DNA of 64,000 nucleotides from a virus (taxonomy: Duplodnaviria > Caudoviricetes): IMG/VR virus record IMGVR_UViG_3300027608_000010; one strand, 5' to 3'. The position numbers and the translations under genes were made by a program. Shown one piece after another: positions 57,028 to 64,000 of the stretch. Positions within the stretch are counted from its first letter, which is position 1; each line of letters begins with the position of its first letter. The notes below the pieces were generated by a model. The model did not search any database. It saw only the letters and a list, made by a program, of their open reading frames with translations, and was not told the origin of the DNA.

Positions 57028-57186
57028 ATGATGCCCTCCCTAATAGAGGTTATCAGAAACCTCTTTAAAAAATCAACCTATGGGTCTGACCTAGAAAAAT
57101 ATATTACTAACCGTTGTCCACAAAATTGCGGGGATGTAGAACGTTACACAATAGAATATCACAATAGAAAGGGTTCTATCCTATGA
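57028..57186 (+). CDS. small hypothetical protein (52 aa, missing from ORF track)
   Basis: LFKKSTYGSDLEKYI...DVERY. Confidence 0.55.
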   Translation: MMPSLIEVIRNLFKKSTYGSDLEKYITNRCPQNCGDVERYTIEYHNRKGSIL

Positions 57187-57371
57187 AATCCTTATGCAAA
57201 TTCTATGAGTTTTTAATTATATGGGTAGAAATAATTCACGAATACCGTAAATTAAATAAGTCAAAATATTATTAATACCCAAAAGAATTGATTGTATAGC
57301 ATAACAATGTTATACTTCAATCGTGTTCACAAGGAACACAAACAGACATACACACATTAAAGGAGAAGATT

Positions 57372-57632
57372 ATGTCAAATTTACCAGAAGTAAAATTCAA
57401 CAAAAACGGCTACGAGATTCGTACAGATATCTTAGACATGGCTAAAGGTTTAGTTAGTGAGGAATTTCACGCTAAATTCCAAGGTTGGGAAATGACTGCT
57501 GAACGTGACCAAAAGACCAATCAAATTGTTAGCACAATTAAAATGCCAGAATTTCCAGGACTTGAAAAGGTTCTTGAAACAGCAGAAAAGATGTACAGTT
57601 TTGTAAATCAAGGCACATCAACTAAAAAGTAA
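57372..57632 (+). CDS. conserved-looking hypothetical phage protein
   Basis: KNGYEIRTDILDMAK...PGLEKVLETAEKMYSFV; AAGGAG RBS; promoter TTGATT-17-TATACT at 57288-57316. Confidence 0.8.
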   Translation: MSNLPEVKFNKNGYEIRTDILDMAKGLVSEEFHAKFQGWEMTAERDQKTNQIVSTIKMPEFPGLEKVLETAEKMYSFVNQGTSTKK

Positions 57633-57650
57633 TACTTTTAGTTACATAAA

Positions 57651-57678
57651 AAGCTCCGCTAGTCGGGGCTTTTTTTTT
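57651..57678 (+). terminator. intrinsic terminator
   Basis: AAGCTCCG-ctagt-CGGGGCTT followed by T run. Confidence 0.85.
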
Positions 57679-57746
57679 GCCCAAAATTTGACAATAAATG
57701 GATACTCTGCTATACTACGTGTATTGATTAATTAAAGGAGCTATCA

Positions 57747-58019
57747 ATGACTCAAGTTTATGATGCACTGAGCGAAAGCCAAAAACGTGACATTCGCATG
57801 TATGGCGTGACCGAAGCCGAGATGAAAGAGGCTGTAGAACAAAGTATTACTTTTCGTCATAGTGGTCCTGCTATGATGGCAGCTAGCCTGATGAGTGATT
57901 GTCAGGAAATGATTGCACATGACAACGGCGGATCGTATGATTTCATGGTTATCGAAGATGTTCGCCAAGCACTGAATCGTGCTAAGTGGATCCTCTTTGA
58001 ATACTGTGACAAAAGGTAA
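57747..58019 (+). CDS. early hypothetical protein
   Basis: 90 aa behind promoter cassette 1. Confidence 0.8.
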   Translation: MTQVYDALSESQKRDIRMYGVTEAEMKEAVEQSITFRHSGPAMMAASLMSDCQEMIAHDNGGSYDFMVIEDVRQALNRAKWILFEYCDKR

Positions 58020-58102
58020 TACTTAATGTTACATACCCAAAACTTGACAATAAATCGGTTTGGGTATATAATACTTGTATTGATTGATTAAAGGAGCTAG
58101 TT

Positions 58103-58339
58103 ATGAAGGTAAAACTTTTTGTTACAGGTAGTCAGAATTACATGTATTTCAAAAACAAACTTCCTACTAGGCGTTGGGATTACTGTGAAACACCCCGCAA
58201 TGTGACTATTATCCCTGATCCGGTCAACGTCTATCAAGACGGTGAGTATGGTTTTGTGACAGTTTTTGGTCGTAAGATTTTTGTCAAATGTGACGGAAGT
58301 CATTGGGAAATCGTTGGTGCTGAGAAGCCCAAAACTTGA
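58103..58339 (+). CDS. early hypothetical protein
   Basis: 78 aa behind cassette 2. Confidence 0.8.
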   Translation: MKVKLFVTGSQNYMYFKNKLPTRRWDYCETPRNVTIIPDPVNVYQDGEYGFVTVFGRKIFVKCDGSHWEIVGAEKPKT

Positions 58340-58396
58340 CAATAAATGGATTAGGGTATATAATAGACTCTTAGACAGTAAAGAAAAGGAAACGAA

Positions 58397-58774
58397 ATGT
58401 CAAACGAATTTAAATCTTGGGAAGAAATGTCTGAGCTGGAACAAGCCCGTGAGACCTTCTGGGATATGTACAAGGATGCTCATGGGTTTCGTCCCCGACA
58501 TGTAGATACCTCGGGCTGGACTCTTGCTGAGTTCCAAGCGGAGTTTGATTACCTGGGTGGAATTATTGAACAAGAGGAAGCCCATCGCAAAGCCTCCGAA
58601 GCAGAGGCTATTGCTAAGTTTGAACAGCATGTTATGAACACCATTTGCATGGGTGCTCGCAATCGTGAGACCGCGCTTAAGTGGATTATGGATGCTAGCA
58701 ATGCTAATGGCGACTGGGAATATCTTTCCCATGAACTAGGCTTGCCCTATAGCTACTTCAAGCAAGTGGCCTGA
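58397..58774 (+). CDS. early hypothetical protein
   Basis: 125 aa behind cassette 3; DMYKDAHGFRPR. Confidence 0.8.
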   Translation: MSNEFKSWEEMSELEQARETFWDMYKDAHGFRPRHVDTSGWTLAEFQAEFDYLGGIIEQEEAHRKASEAEAIAKFEQHVMNTICMGARNRETALKWIMDASNANGDWEYLSHELGLPYSYFKQVA

Positions 58775-58834
58775 GGTTGACAATAAATAGATTTGGGTAT
58801 ATAATACTTGTATTGATTGATTAAAGGAGCTGAA

Positions 58835-59107
58835 ATGTCTGCACTAGTTGAATACACATTGGAACTGTACAAATCTGACAAACGTGTTAAAGGCGGTAAG
58901 CGTCTTGTCACTAAAGAAGAATTTGCCCCTGTCACTAGAGCCTACATCAAGGCTGTGATTGAGTCAAAAACTAAGTTGGGTTTCATTGTTGAACCCCATG
59001 AGACTTATGTTACCAAACGCAACATGATGACCGGTAAAACATATCAGGAACGTTATGATACACCGTATTTCTGTTCACCCTCTAGCGAATCTTTTTGGAG
59101 CAATTAA
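58835..59107 (+). CDS. early hypothetical protein
   Basis: behind cassette 4; RNMMTGKTYQERYDTPYFCSPSSESFWS. Confidence 0.8.
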   Translation: MSALVEYTLELYKSDKRVKGGKRLVTKEEFAPVTRAYIKAVIESKTKLGFIVEPHETYVTKRNMMTGKTYQERYDTPYFCSPSSESFWSN

Positions 59108-59109
59108 TC

Positions 59110-59283
59110 ATGGCAGGTAAAGCAAAATCAATATATCTCACAGTAACCCCTAAGGGTCAATTACAAAGTGTTTTCAATAGGGTGTTCTTTGATGCTAAGT
59201 CCTACAATGAGTACATCAAGTCGGACGAATGCAAAGAAAAATATCCTGCTGACAAATTCGATATCATCAAAGAAACATATTAA
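59110..59283 (+). CDS. hypothetical protein
   Basis: 57 aa. Confidence 0.65.
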   Translation: MAGKAKSIYLTVTPKGQLQSVFNRVFFDAKSYNEYIKSDECKEKYPADKFDIIKETY

Positions 59284-59292
59284 GGAATAATC

Positions 59293-60021
59293 ATGCCTGG
59301 ATTTGTAGATGTTACTGGTTGGTCTAAACAAGAAATTCAACGTCTTGGTCACGAGGATGACGATACACCTGATACAAAAACAGTATTCCGTGTTAAAAAG
59401 GAACCTAATATTAATTTCCAAGCTGATGATGTTTGGGCGGCTGCTTGTCAGGCTCAACAAGTCAATGGCAGTTATGTTAAACTCGGGGATGAAACTCAAA
59501 ACACCAATCGTCAAATTATGTTTAGACTGTTGACAGACACTACCCAAATCACCGATGAAAATCGTGAACAGGGTACAAAGGTTCGTCAATACTATCAAGC
59601 ATTCACTTTCAAAATCCTTAAGGGAATTGCATTAAATGATTTTGATAACAATGCAATGCTTATCAGTAATCGCAATGTTATTACCAAACAGTATGACGTA
59701 GCAGTCATTGCCAGCTTGCCACAAAGCTATGAACGAGGTTCTAAGCGAGCCAGTGTTACTCAACGGATTAAATTTGCTACCGGTGGTTATATCGGTCAAC
59801 CCAGTGACAAAGTTACATTGACTATTGAACTATTGAAAGATGTTTATAGTCAAAAGTGGAATACAAATTATTTTACAGGTATTACAACTGATGACCAAAT
59901 AGTATTTTTTGCTTATAATGGTACTGGTAAATTAGATATCGGTGATACATACACAATTCAGGGTACTGTTAAAGCGCACCGCGACAACAGTACGCAACTA
60001 AATCGGGTAAAGTTTGTTTGA
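59293..60021 (+). CDS. hypothetical protein with C-terminal OB-fold-like domain
   Basis: YIGQPSDKVTLTI...YTIQGTVKAHR...TQLNRVK. Confidence 0.65.
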   Translation: MPGFVDVTGWSKQEIQRLGHEDDDTPDTKTVFRVKKEPNINFQADDVWAAACQAQQVNGSYVKLGDETQNTNRQIMFRLLTDTTQITDENREQGTKVRQYYQAFTFKILKGIALNDFDNNAMLISNRNVITKQYDVAVIASLPQSYERGSKRASVTQRIKFATGGYIGQPSDKVTLTIELLKDVYSQKWNTNYFTGITTDDQIVFFAYNGTGKLDIGDTYTIQGTVKAHRDNSTQLNRVKFV

Positions 60022-60077
60022 CAATATATCCGATTCGTAGTATACTATAATCATTCTTTCACACACAGGAGTTATAC

Positions 60078-60209
60078 ATGAGTCATTTTATCGCATTCAT
60101 TCTTGGTATCGTAGTCGCAACAGTAGGCTTTACTGGTGTCGCTAAAATGCTTGACAATGGTGTCAACAAGACCAAATCAATTGTACAAGAACAAGCTAAG
60201 GAACAGTAA
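60078..60209 (+). CDS. small single-TM protein (missing from ORF track)
   Basis: AGGAG RBS, promoter TTGACA-17-TATACT at 60018-60046. Confidence 0.65.
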   Translation: MSHFIAFILGIVVATVGFTGVAKMLDNGVNKTKSIVQEQAKEQ

Positions 60210-60308
60210 TGGTAATGTCTTGGCTTGCTGTACTACTGTTAGTGTTTGTGGGTGAACCTATGTTGGGATTAATTTTGGCATTTCTTATTTTGATGATGGA
60301 GTAATAAT

Positions 60309-60455
60309 ATGAATGATGAATTGAAAGCACTAGTAATCAGTGCAGGTGCACCTAAAGACTTGCTTAATGAATTTTGGTTCAACATCTTTTGCGAGAAATT
60401 CGCTGATGTATTGTTGACGCAAGCCGAACAAGAAATGTTAGGAGCTAACAAATGA
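60309..60455 (+). CDS. small protein, distant FAELIV-family member (EKFADVL)
   Basis: 48 aa, GGAG RBS. Confidence 0.55.
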   Translation: MNDELKALVISAGAPKDLLNEFWFNIFCEKFADVLLTQAEQEMLGANK

Positions 60456-60580
60456 AAAAATATTTAAGTTTAGACTTTATCATAATGTTCTTATGGTTTA
60501 TCATACTACAACCTTTGTTATTCTTCATGACCATGTTTATCTTTTTCTCGGCAGTGTATCAAAGCATTTGGGGATAAACA

Positions 60581-60826
60581 ATGATATTTGATTTTTTTAA
60601 AAAACATGAACATAGTAATGTGCTTAAATTTCCAGAGACTAAGGTGCCGTATGTTGAGCCACCAAAAAAAGAACAAGAGCACTACAGCATTGGTATAACT
60701 GATGATAATCGTATAACTTTAAGAATAGGTTATACTACACTTACTATGAATGAAGAAGGTGTTCTTGATTTAATTGAGGCACTTGAATTATTTGCAAGAC
60801 AGACAAGAAAAAGGGATACTGAATGA
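60581..60826 (+). CDS. hypothetical protein
   Basis: 81 aa. Confidence 0.7.
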   Translation: MIFDFFKKHEHSNVLKFPETKVPYVEPPKKEQEHYSIGITDDNRITLRIGYTTLTMNEEGVLDLIEALELFARQTRKRDTE

Positions 60827-62160
60827 GTGCGTCATGGATCAATAAATTAAACGAGAGCGATAGCCGCCTTCACAAAGAAGATGTGATTTTGCAGGCGCTT
60901 GAGGCAAGTGTCCTAGGCAGTCGTATCAGTCAGATTTTCTTGGGCTTTACTAACGCCTGTTATAATCCCTATGTTACATTTGGTATTCGTCAAGTGCCCG
61001 ATACTGTAGGTATTGTTGACGCAGAAAATCCCTGGGATGAATTCAATACGTTGATGTATCAACTTGGCCAGCGCAAGTTGACAGGTCATGCCGCACGTGA
61101 TGCTGTACAAAATATGTCTGAACGATTTGATAGCATTGAATGGAACACATTCCTAGCACCTGTATTGCGTAGAGACTTACGTGCGGGTATCAGTGATAAG
61201 ACAATCAATAAAATTTGTAAAGGTACTGAATATGAAGTGCCAATCTTTGGTTGTCAATTAGCAACTAATAGTGAAGGTCGTCCAGAGATGCAAGGTATCA
61301 AACGTCTTGAGCCTAAACTTGACGGTGTCCGTGTATTACTTACAGCTATCCCTGATGAAGATGGCAATATTGTCACTATTTGTTTTAGTCGCAACGGTAA
61401 ACAGTTTGACAACTTTGGTCATATTGAAAATCAAGTGCGTGAGAACTTTGTAAAACTTACGCACAAAGCCGCAAGTAGTAACTTAAGCATGGGCTTTGTA
61501 ATGGATGGTGAAGTGATTGGTAATACATTCCAAGAACTTATGCGACAAGCACGCCGCAAGACTGATGTACAAGCAGAGGATAGTGTGTTCAATGTATTTG
61601 ACATTATACCAGTAGCAGCTTTCCGTGAAGGTCATTGGAACGCACAACTTAGTAAACGCATTACTATTTTAGAAGATATGCGTAGTATCATTGATGACAT
61701 GCCCAACGTTGAATTGTTGCCACATATTATGGTTGACTTAGATACAGCGGCAGGCAAGGATCAATTAGAACGATATGCTAAGGATCAAGTTAACGCAGGA
61801 TTTGAAGGCATTATGATTAAGAATGTTGATGCTCCGTATGTTTGTAAGCGTAGCACAGACTGGATGAAGTGGAAACCCACTATCACCGTTGACTTAACTG
61901 TTGTTGGCCTTGAAGAAGGTACTGGTAGAAATGCCGGTCGTCTTGGTGCTCTTGTTTGTGAGGGTGAAGATGATGGTAAATTCATTCAAGTAAATGTAGG
62001 TAGCGGATACAGTGATGAAGATCGTGATGAGTTTTGGGCTAACACTAATCATATCGTCGGTCGTACTGCTGAAATCCTTTGTGACGTAATTACGCAAAAT
62101 CGTGATGGTACATATAGTTTGCGCTTTCCACGATTTGTAAGATTTAGGGATGATAAATGA
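60823..62160 (+). CDS. lig: ATP-dependent DNA ligase
   Basis: EPKLDGVR, MDGEV, FNVFD, FEGIMIK, WMKWKP, VGSGY, LRFPRF..FRDDK. Confidence 0.96.
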   Translation: MSASWINKLNESDSRLHKEDVILQALEASVLGSRISQIFLGFTNACYNPYVTFGIRQVPDTVGIVDAENPWDEFNTLMYQLGQRKLTGHAARDAVQNMSERFDSIEWNTFLAPVLRRDLRAGISDKTINKICKGTEYEVPIFGCQLATNSEGRPEMQGIKRLEPKLDGVRVLLTAIPDEDGNIVTICFSRNGKQFDNFGHIENQVRENFVKLTHKAASSNLSMGFVMDGEVIGNTFQELMRQARRKTDVQAEDSVFNVFDIIPVAAFREGHWNAQLSKRITILEDMRSIIDDMPNVELLPHIMVDLDTAAGKDQLERYAKDQVNAGFEGIMIKNVDAPYVCKRSTDWMKWKPTITVDLTVVGLEEGTGRNAGRLGALVCEGEDDGKFIQVNVGSGYSDEDRDEFWANTNHIVGRTAEILCDVITQNRDGTYSLRFPRFVRFRDDK

Positions 62161-62429
62161 ACAAACGAATGGAACACTGTTTGTATCAAGCAGGACTCAC
62201 AGCACAAGGTTGTTGGGAGGATTTAGATACTTACACGCAAGAAGGCATTGAAAAGTTCGCCGAGTTGATTGTGAAAGAATGTCTTGCTATTATCCAAACC
62301 GAAGTAAGCATGAAATACAAAGATGGTTGGGAACAACACGGGGTATCTGATGATTGGGCCGCTGGACACTATAATGCATCATTGGAAAGCCGTGTATTTC
62401 TTAAAACACATTTCGGAGTTGAAGAATGA
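62157..62429 (+). CDS. FAELIV...HFGVEE small-protein family member
   Basis: EKFAELIVKEC...HFGVEE. Confidence 0.8.
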   Translation: MNKRMEHCLYQAGLTAQGCWEDLDTYTQEGIEKFAELIVKECLAIIQTEVSMKYKDGWEQHGVSDDWAAGHYNASLESRVFLKTHFGVEE

Positions 62430-62647
62430 ATGAACGAATTAAAGAACTTATCAAACAAATGGATCAAGCAGAAACCCCAACGGGCGGTGGCGCTTTTACC
62501 CTCTATGACACAGACTTGGAATATTTCGCCGAGTTGATTGTGCAAGATTTAATTCATAGTATGATAAAACGATATGGTGACGATGACGAATTACCAATTC
62601 AGGAAATTAAATTGTTTGTTAAAAAACATTTCGGAGTTGAAGAATGA
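62426..62647 (+). CDS. FAELIV...HFGVEE small-protein family member
   Basis: MNERIKEL...YFAELIV...KKHFGVEE. Confidence 0.8.
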   Translation: MNERIKELIKQMDQAETPTGGGAFTLYDTDLEYFAELIVQDLIHSMIKRYGDDDELPIQEIKLFVKKHFGVEE

Positions 62648-62937
62648 ATATATCTATTGCTAGTGCATCCGTAATGCCTGTACTCAATACCTCTGCCATG
62701 GCCGGTCGCAGAGTTGATAAAAATGAGCAATTGGCAGATAAGCACTATGATAAAATTGATGAATACTATGATGTGAAACGTAGTGATTGGCAAAAGAATC
62801 GTGCAAGTTTTCAGGACCATGAAGAGGCCAAATACATTGCAGAAATCAATGCATATCTCAGTCTCAAAAGACGGGTAGAATATGGTTTATATCAGTATGG
62901 TAAATTTTTAGGGCAAACCTTGGATGTATCCGTATGA
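62644..62937 (+). CDS. hypothetical protein
   Basis: 97 aa, coupled. Confidence 0.65.
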   Translation: MNISIASASVMPVLNTSAMAGRRVDKNEQLADKHYDKIDEYYDVKRSDWQKNRASFQDHEEAKYIAEINAYLSLKRRVEYGLYQYGKFLGQTLDVSV

Positions 62938-63058
62938 ACGAACCAGAAAAAGATAATGTTGCAGATTTAGTAGTTGATTATCCCATCAATGTAATACTGC
63001 CCATAGCCGGTGGTGTGTTGATATTTCTTTTGATTTTTATAGCTATTGTGGTGTCATA

Positions 63059-63280
63059 ATGAACGAATTAGAAATTGCACTGCAAGCACATGACTGGAGC
63101 CTAGATGGTTGGCGCACAAGACCTCAAGTGGATCAATTGATGAAGGGTCACCCAGATCCTGCAGAGGCCCAAGCACTGTGGCAACAGCATTGCCCTTGGA
63201 GCAACAGCAATGGCGGTTATGTTGCATGGTCAAAAAAATTCACCCAAGACAATGCCACAATGATATGGAGTTATCAATGA
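63059..63280 (+). CDS. hypothetical protein
   Basis: 73 aa; ALQAHDW. Confidence 0.7.
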   Translation: MNELEIALQAHDWSLDGWRTRPQVDQLMKGHPDPAEAQALWQQHCPWSNSNGGYVAWSKKFTQDNATMIWSYQ

Positions 63281-63570
63281 CACATAATCACAATTTATTA
63301 TGTCAAATAAGGTCACTGTACAACGAACCATATCATGTTGTGAGGCCACTATTGCCCATAAGAATGCAACACGGTGCAGACATGATGGCCTGGGCTGAAC
63401 ACGCATTTGGTCCAGCAGGCAAAAGAATTAAGGGCATAATTGGGCAAACTGTAAAAGTTGAAGAACCTGGTCTTAGATACTATGTGGATCCCACTGCATT
63501 TTGGTTTAGAGATAGCAAAGACCGTGATAGTTTTGTTGTACATTGGACAAAGGAGTTGAAGAATGATTAA
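63277..63570 (+). CDS. hypothetical protein
   Basis: from ATG 63277; FWFRDSKDRDSFVVHW. Confidence 0.6.
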   Translation: MTHNHNLLCQIRSLYNEPYHVVRPLLPIRMQHGADMMAWAEHAFGPAGKRIKGIIGQTVKVEEPGLRYYVDPTAFWFRDSKDRDSFVVHWTKELKND

Positions 63571-63739
63571 ACTTTGGTTAGCATTTATTATCCTTGCTGT
63601 TCTAATTCACTTTGGCATTAGTGCTTTGAGGAATATGAACGGTTTGGAACAATTAGCCTTGACAAAAAGCATAGGCTATAGTATACTTGTATCACTGGCA
63701 TCAGTAATGTTGATGACAGTAATTGTTATTTTATTTTAA
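63563..63739 (+). CDS. 2-TM small membrane protein (missing from ORF track)
   Basis: hydrophobic 58 aa, GGAG RBS. Confidence 0.65.
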   Translation: MIKLWLAFIILAVLIHFGISALRNMNGLEQLALTKSIGYSILVSLASVMLMTVIVILF

Positions 63740-63747
63740 GGAAAAAC

Positions 63748-64000
63748 ATGAAACGTATTTTTACTCTCTCTATTCTCGCTGCCGCAATTTTGGCAACTGG
63801 CTGTACACGTATTGAAACTGGTGAAGTTGGTGTGCGAGTTGGATTTGACCGACAGATTCAGCCAGGTGAATTGTTGCCTGGATCATTCAATCAAACCATG
63901 ATTGGTGATGTGCTTACATTCCCTATCAAGGACGTGAATGTGGTGCTTGAGAACATGACTCCTGTTGCCAAAGACAACAGCACAATGAAAGACTTTGATG
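63748..64000 (+). CDS. SPFH/Band-7 (prohibitin-like) lipoprotein, 3' truncated (missing from ORF track)
   Basis: signal with LATGC lipobox, then TRIETGEVGVRVGF...TPVAKDN. Confidence 0.75.
   Translation, partial: MKRIFTLSILAAAILATGCTRIETGEVGVRVGFDRQIQPGELLPGSFNQTMIGDVLTFPIKDVNVVLENMTPVAKDNSTMKDFD

Larger units (their letters stand above)
57688..58831 (+). repeat. four repeated early promoter/RBS cassettes
   Basis: TTGACAATAAAT..17..TATA(A/C)T at 57688, 58044, 58336, 58777; three followed by GTATTGATT(G/A)ATTAAAGGAGCT; related promoter at 60018. Confidence 0.9.

Noticed and set aside
56476-57372. tRNA or known ncRNA genes in the larger intergenic gaps
   Set aside because: No cloverleaf (TTC-loop/CCA) seen; the gaps are explained by small ORFs, promoters and terminators
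57688-58831. Repeat-spacer pattern resembling a CRISPR array
   Set aside because: Repeats are sigma70 promoter/RBS units and the 'spacers' are 250-400-bp ORFs; no cas genes
700-63543. Many short antisense or alternate-frame ORFs in the track (e.g. 700-882, 14341-14775, 19089-19628, 24337-24687, 59161-59598)
   Set aside because: They shadow well-supported + strand genes, lack RBS/promoters and arise from codon bias or repeats

Overview
AT-rich, gene-dense, almost entirely + strand segment of a large lytic dsDNA phage genome (T4-like or jumbo-type). All calls come from reading motifs by eye; no database searches were run. Layout: (1) 1-8.4 kb: GroES-like, clamp loader, PhoH, 3-TM holin-like, DnaJ, ClpA. 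(2) 8.4-33.9 kb: late/virion region under TAAATA (T4 late-like) promoters. It holds four tail-fibre-like genes, a 1367-aa LysM + lytic-transglycosylase modular protein, Dps, a fatty-acid desaturase, a 2OG-Fe(II) oxygenase, and about ten proteins starting with a short 'M-(K/R)...(L/I)-x-E' leader reminiscent of the T4 capsid-targeting sequence. (3) 33.9-37.7 kb: DsbA/GapR-like, family B DNA polymerase, sliding clamp. (4) 38-49.6 kb: 7-deazaguanine DNA-modification locus (TGT/DpdA-like, QueD-like DpdL candidate, FolE, QueD, QueE; no QueC seen) interleaved with two GT-B glycosyltransferases, a cytidylyltransferase and a GalE-like epimerase. (5) 49.6-64 kb: UvsE, a nuclease + ParB-like insert, RNase H, repeated sigma70 promoter/RBS cassettes with small early ORFs, DNA ligase, SPFH lipoprotein (truncated). 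Best candidate for an undescribed system: virion-loaded, protease-processed polyproteins built from shuffled cassettes. One gene carries four in-frame copies of an 11-bp DNA signature (GGTGTGGCGGA = G-V-A-E), and a 250-bp module is shared by two genes 15 kb apart. That gene sits inside an operon of three unrelated nucleotidyl-transfer folds (pol-beta-like, KxDG ligase-like, HxGH). No tRNA, rRNA, CRISPR array, RT/DGR, intron or intein was recognised.
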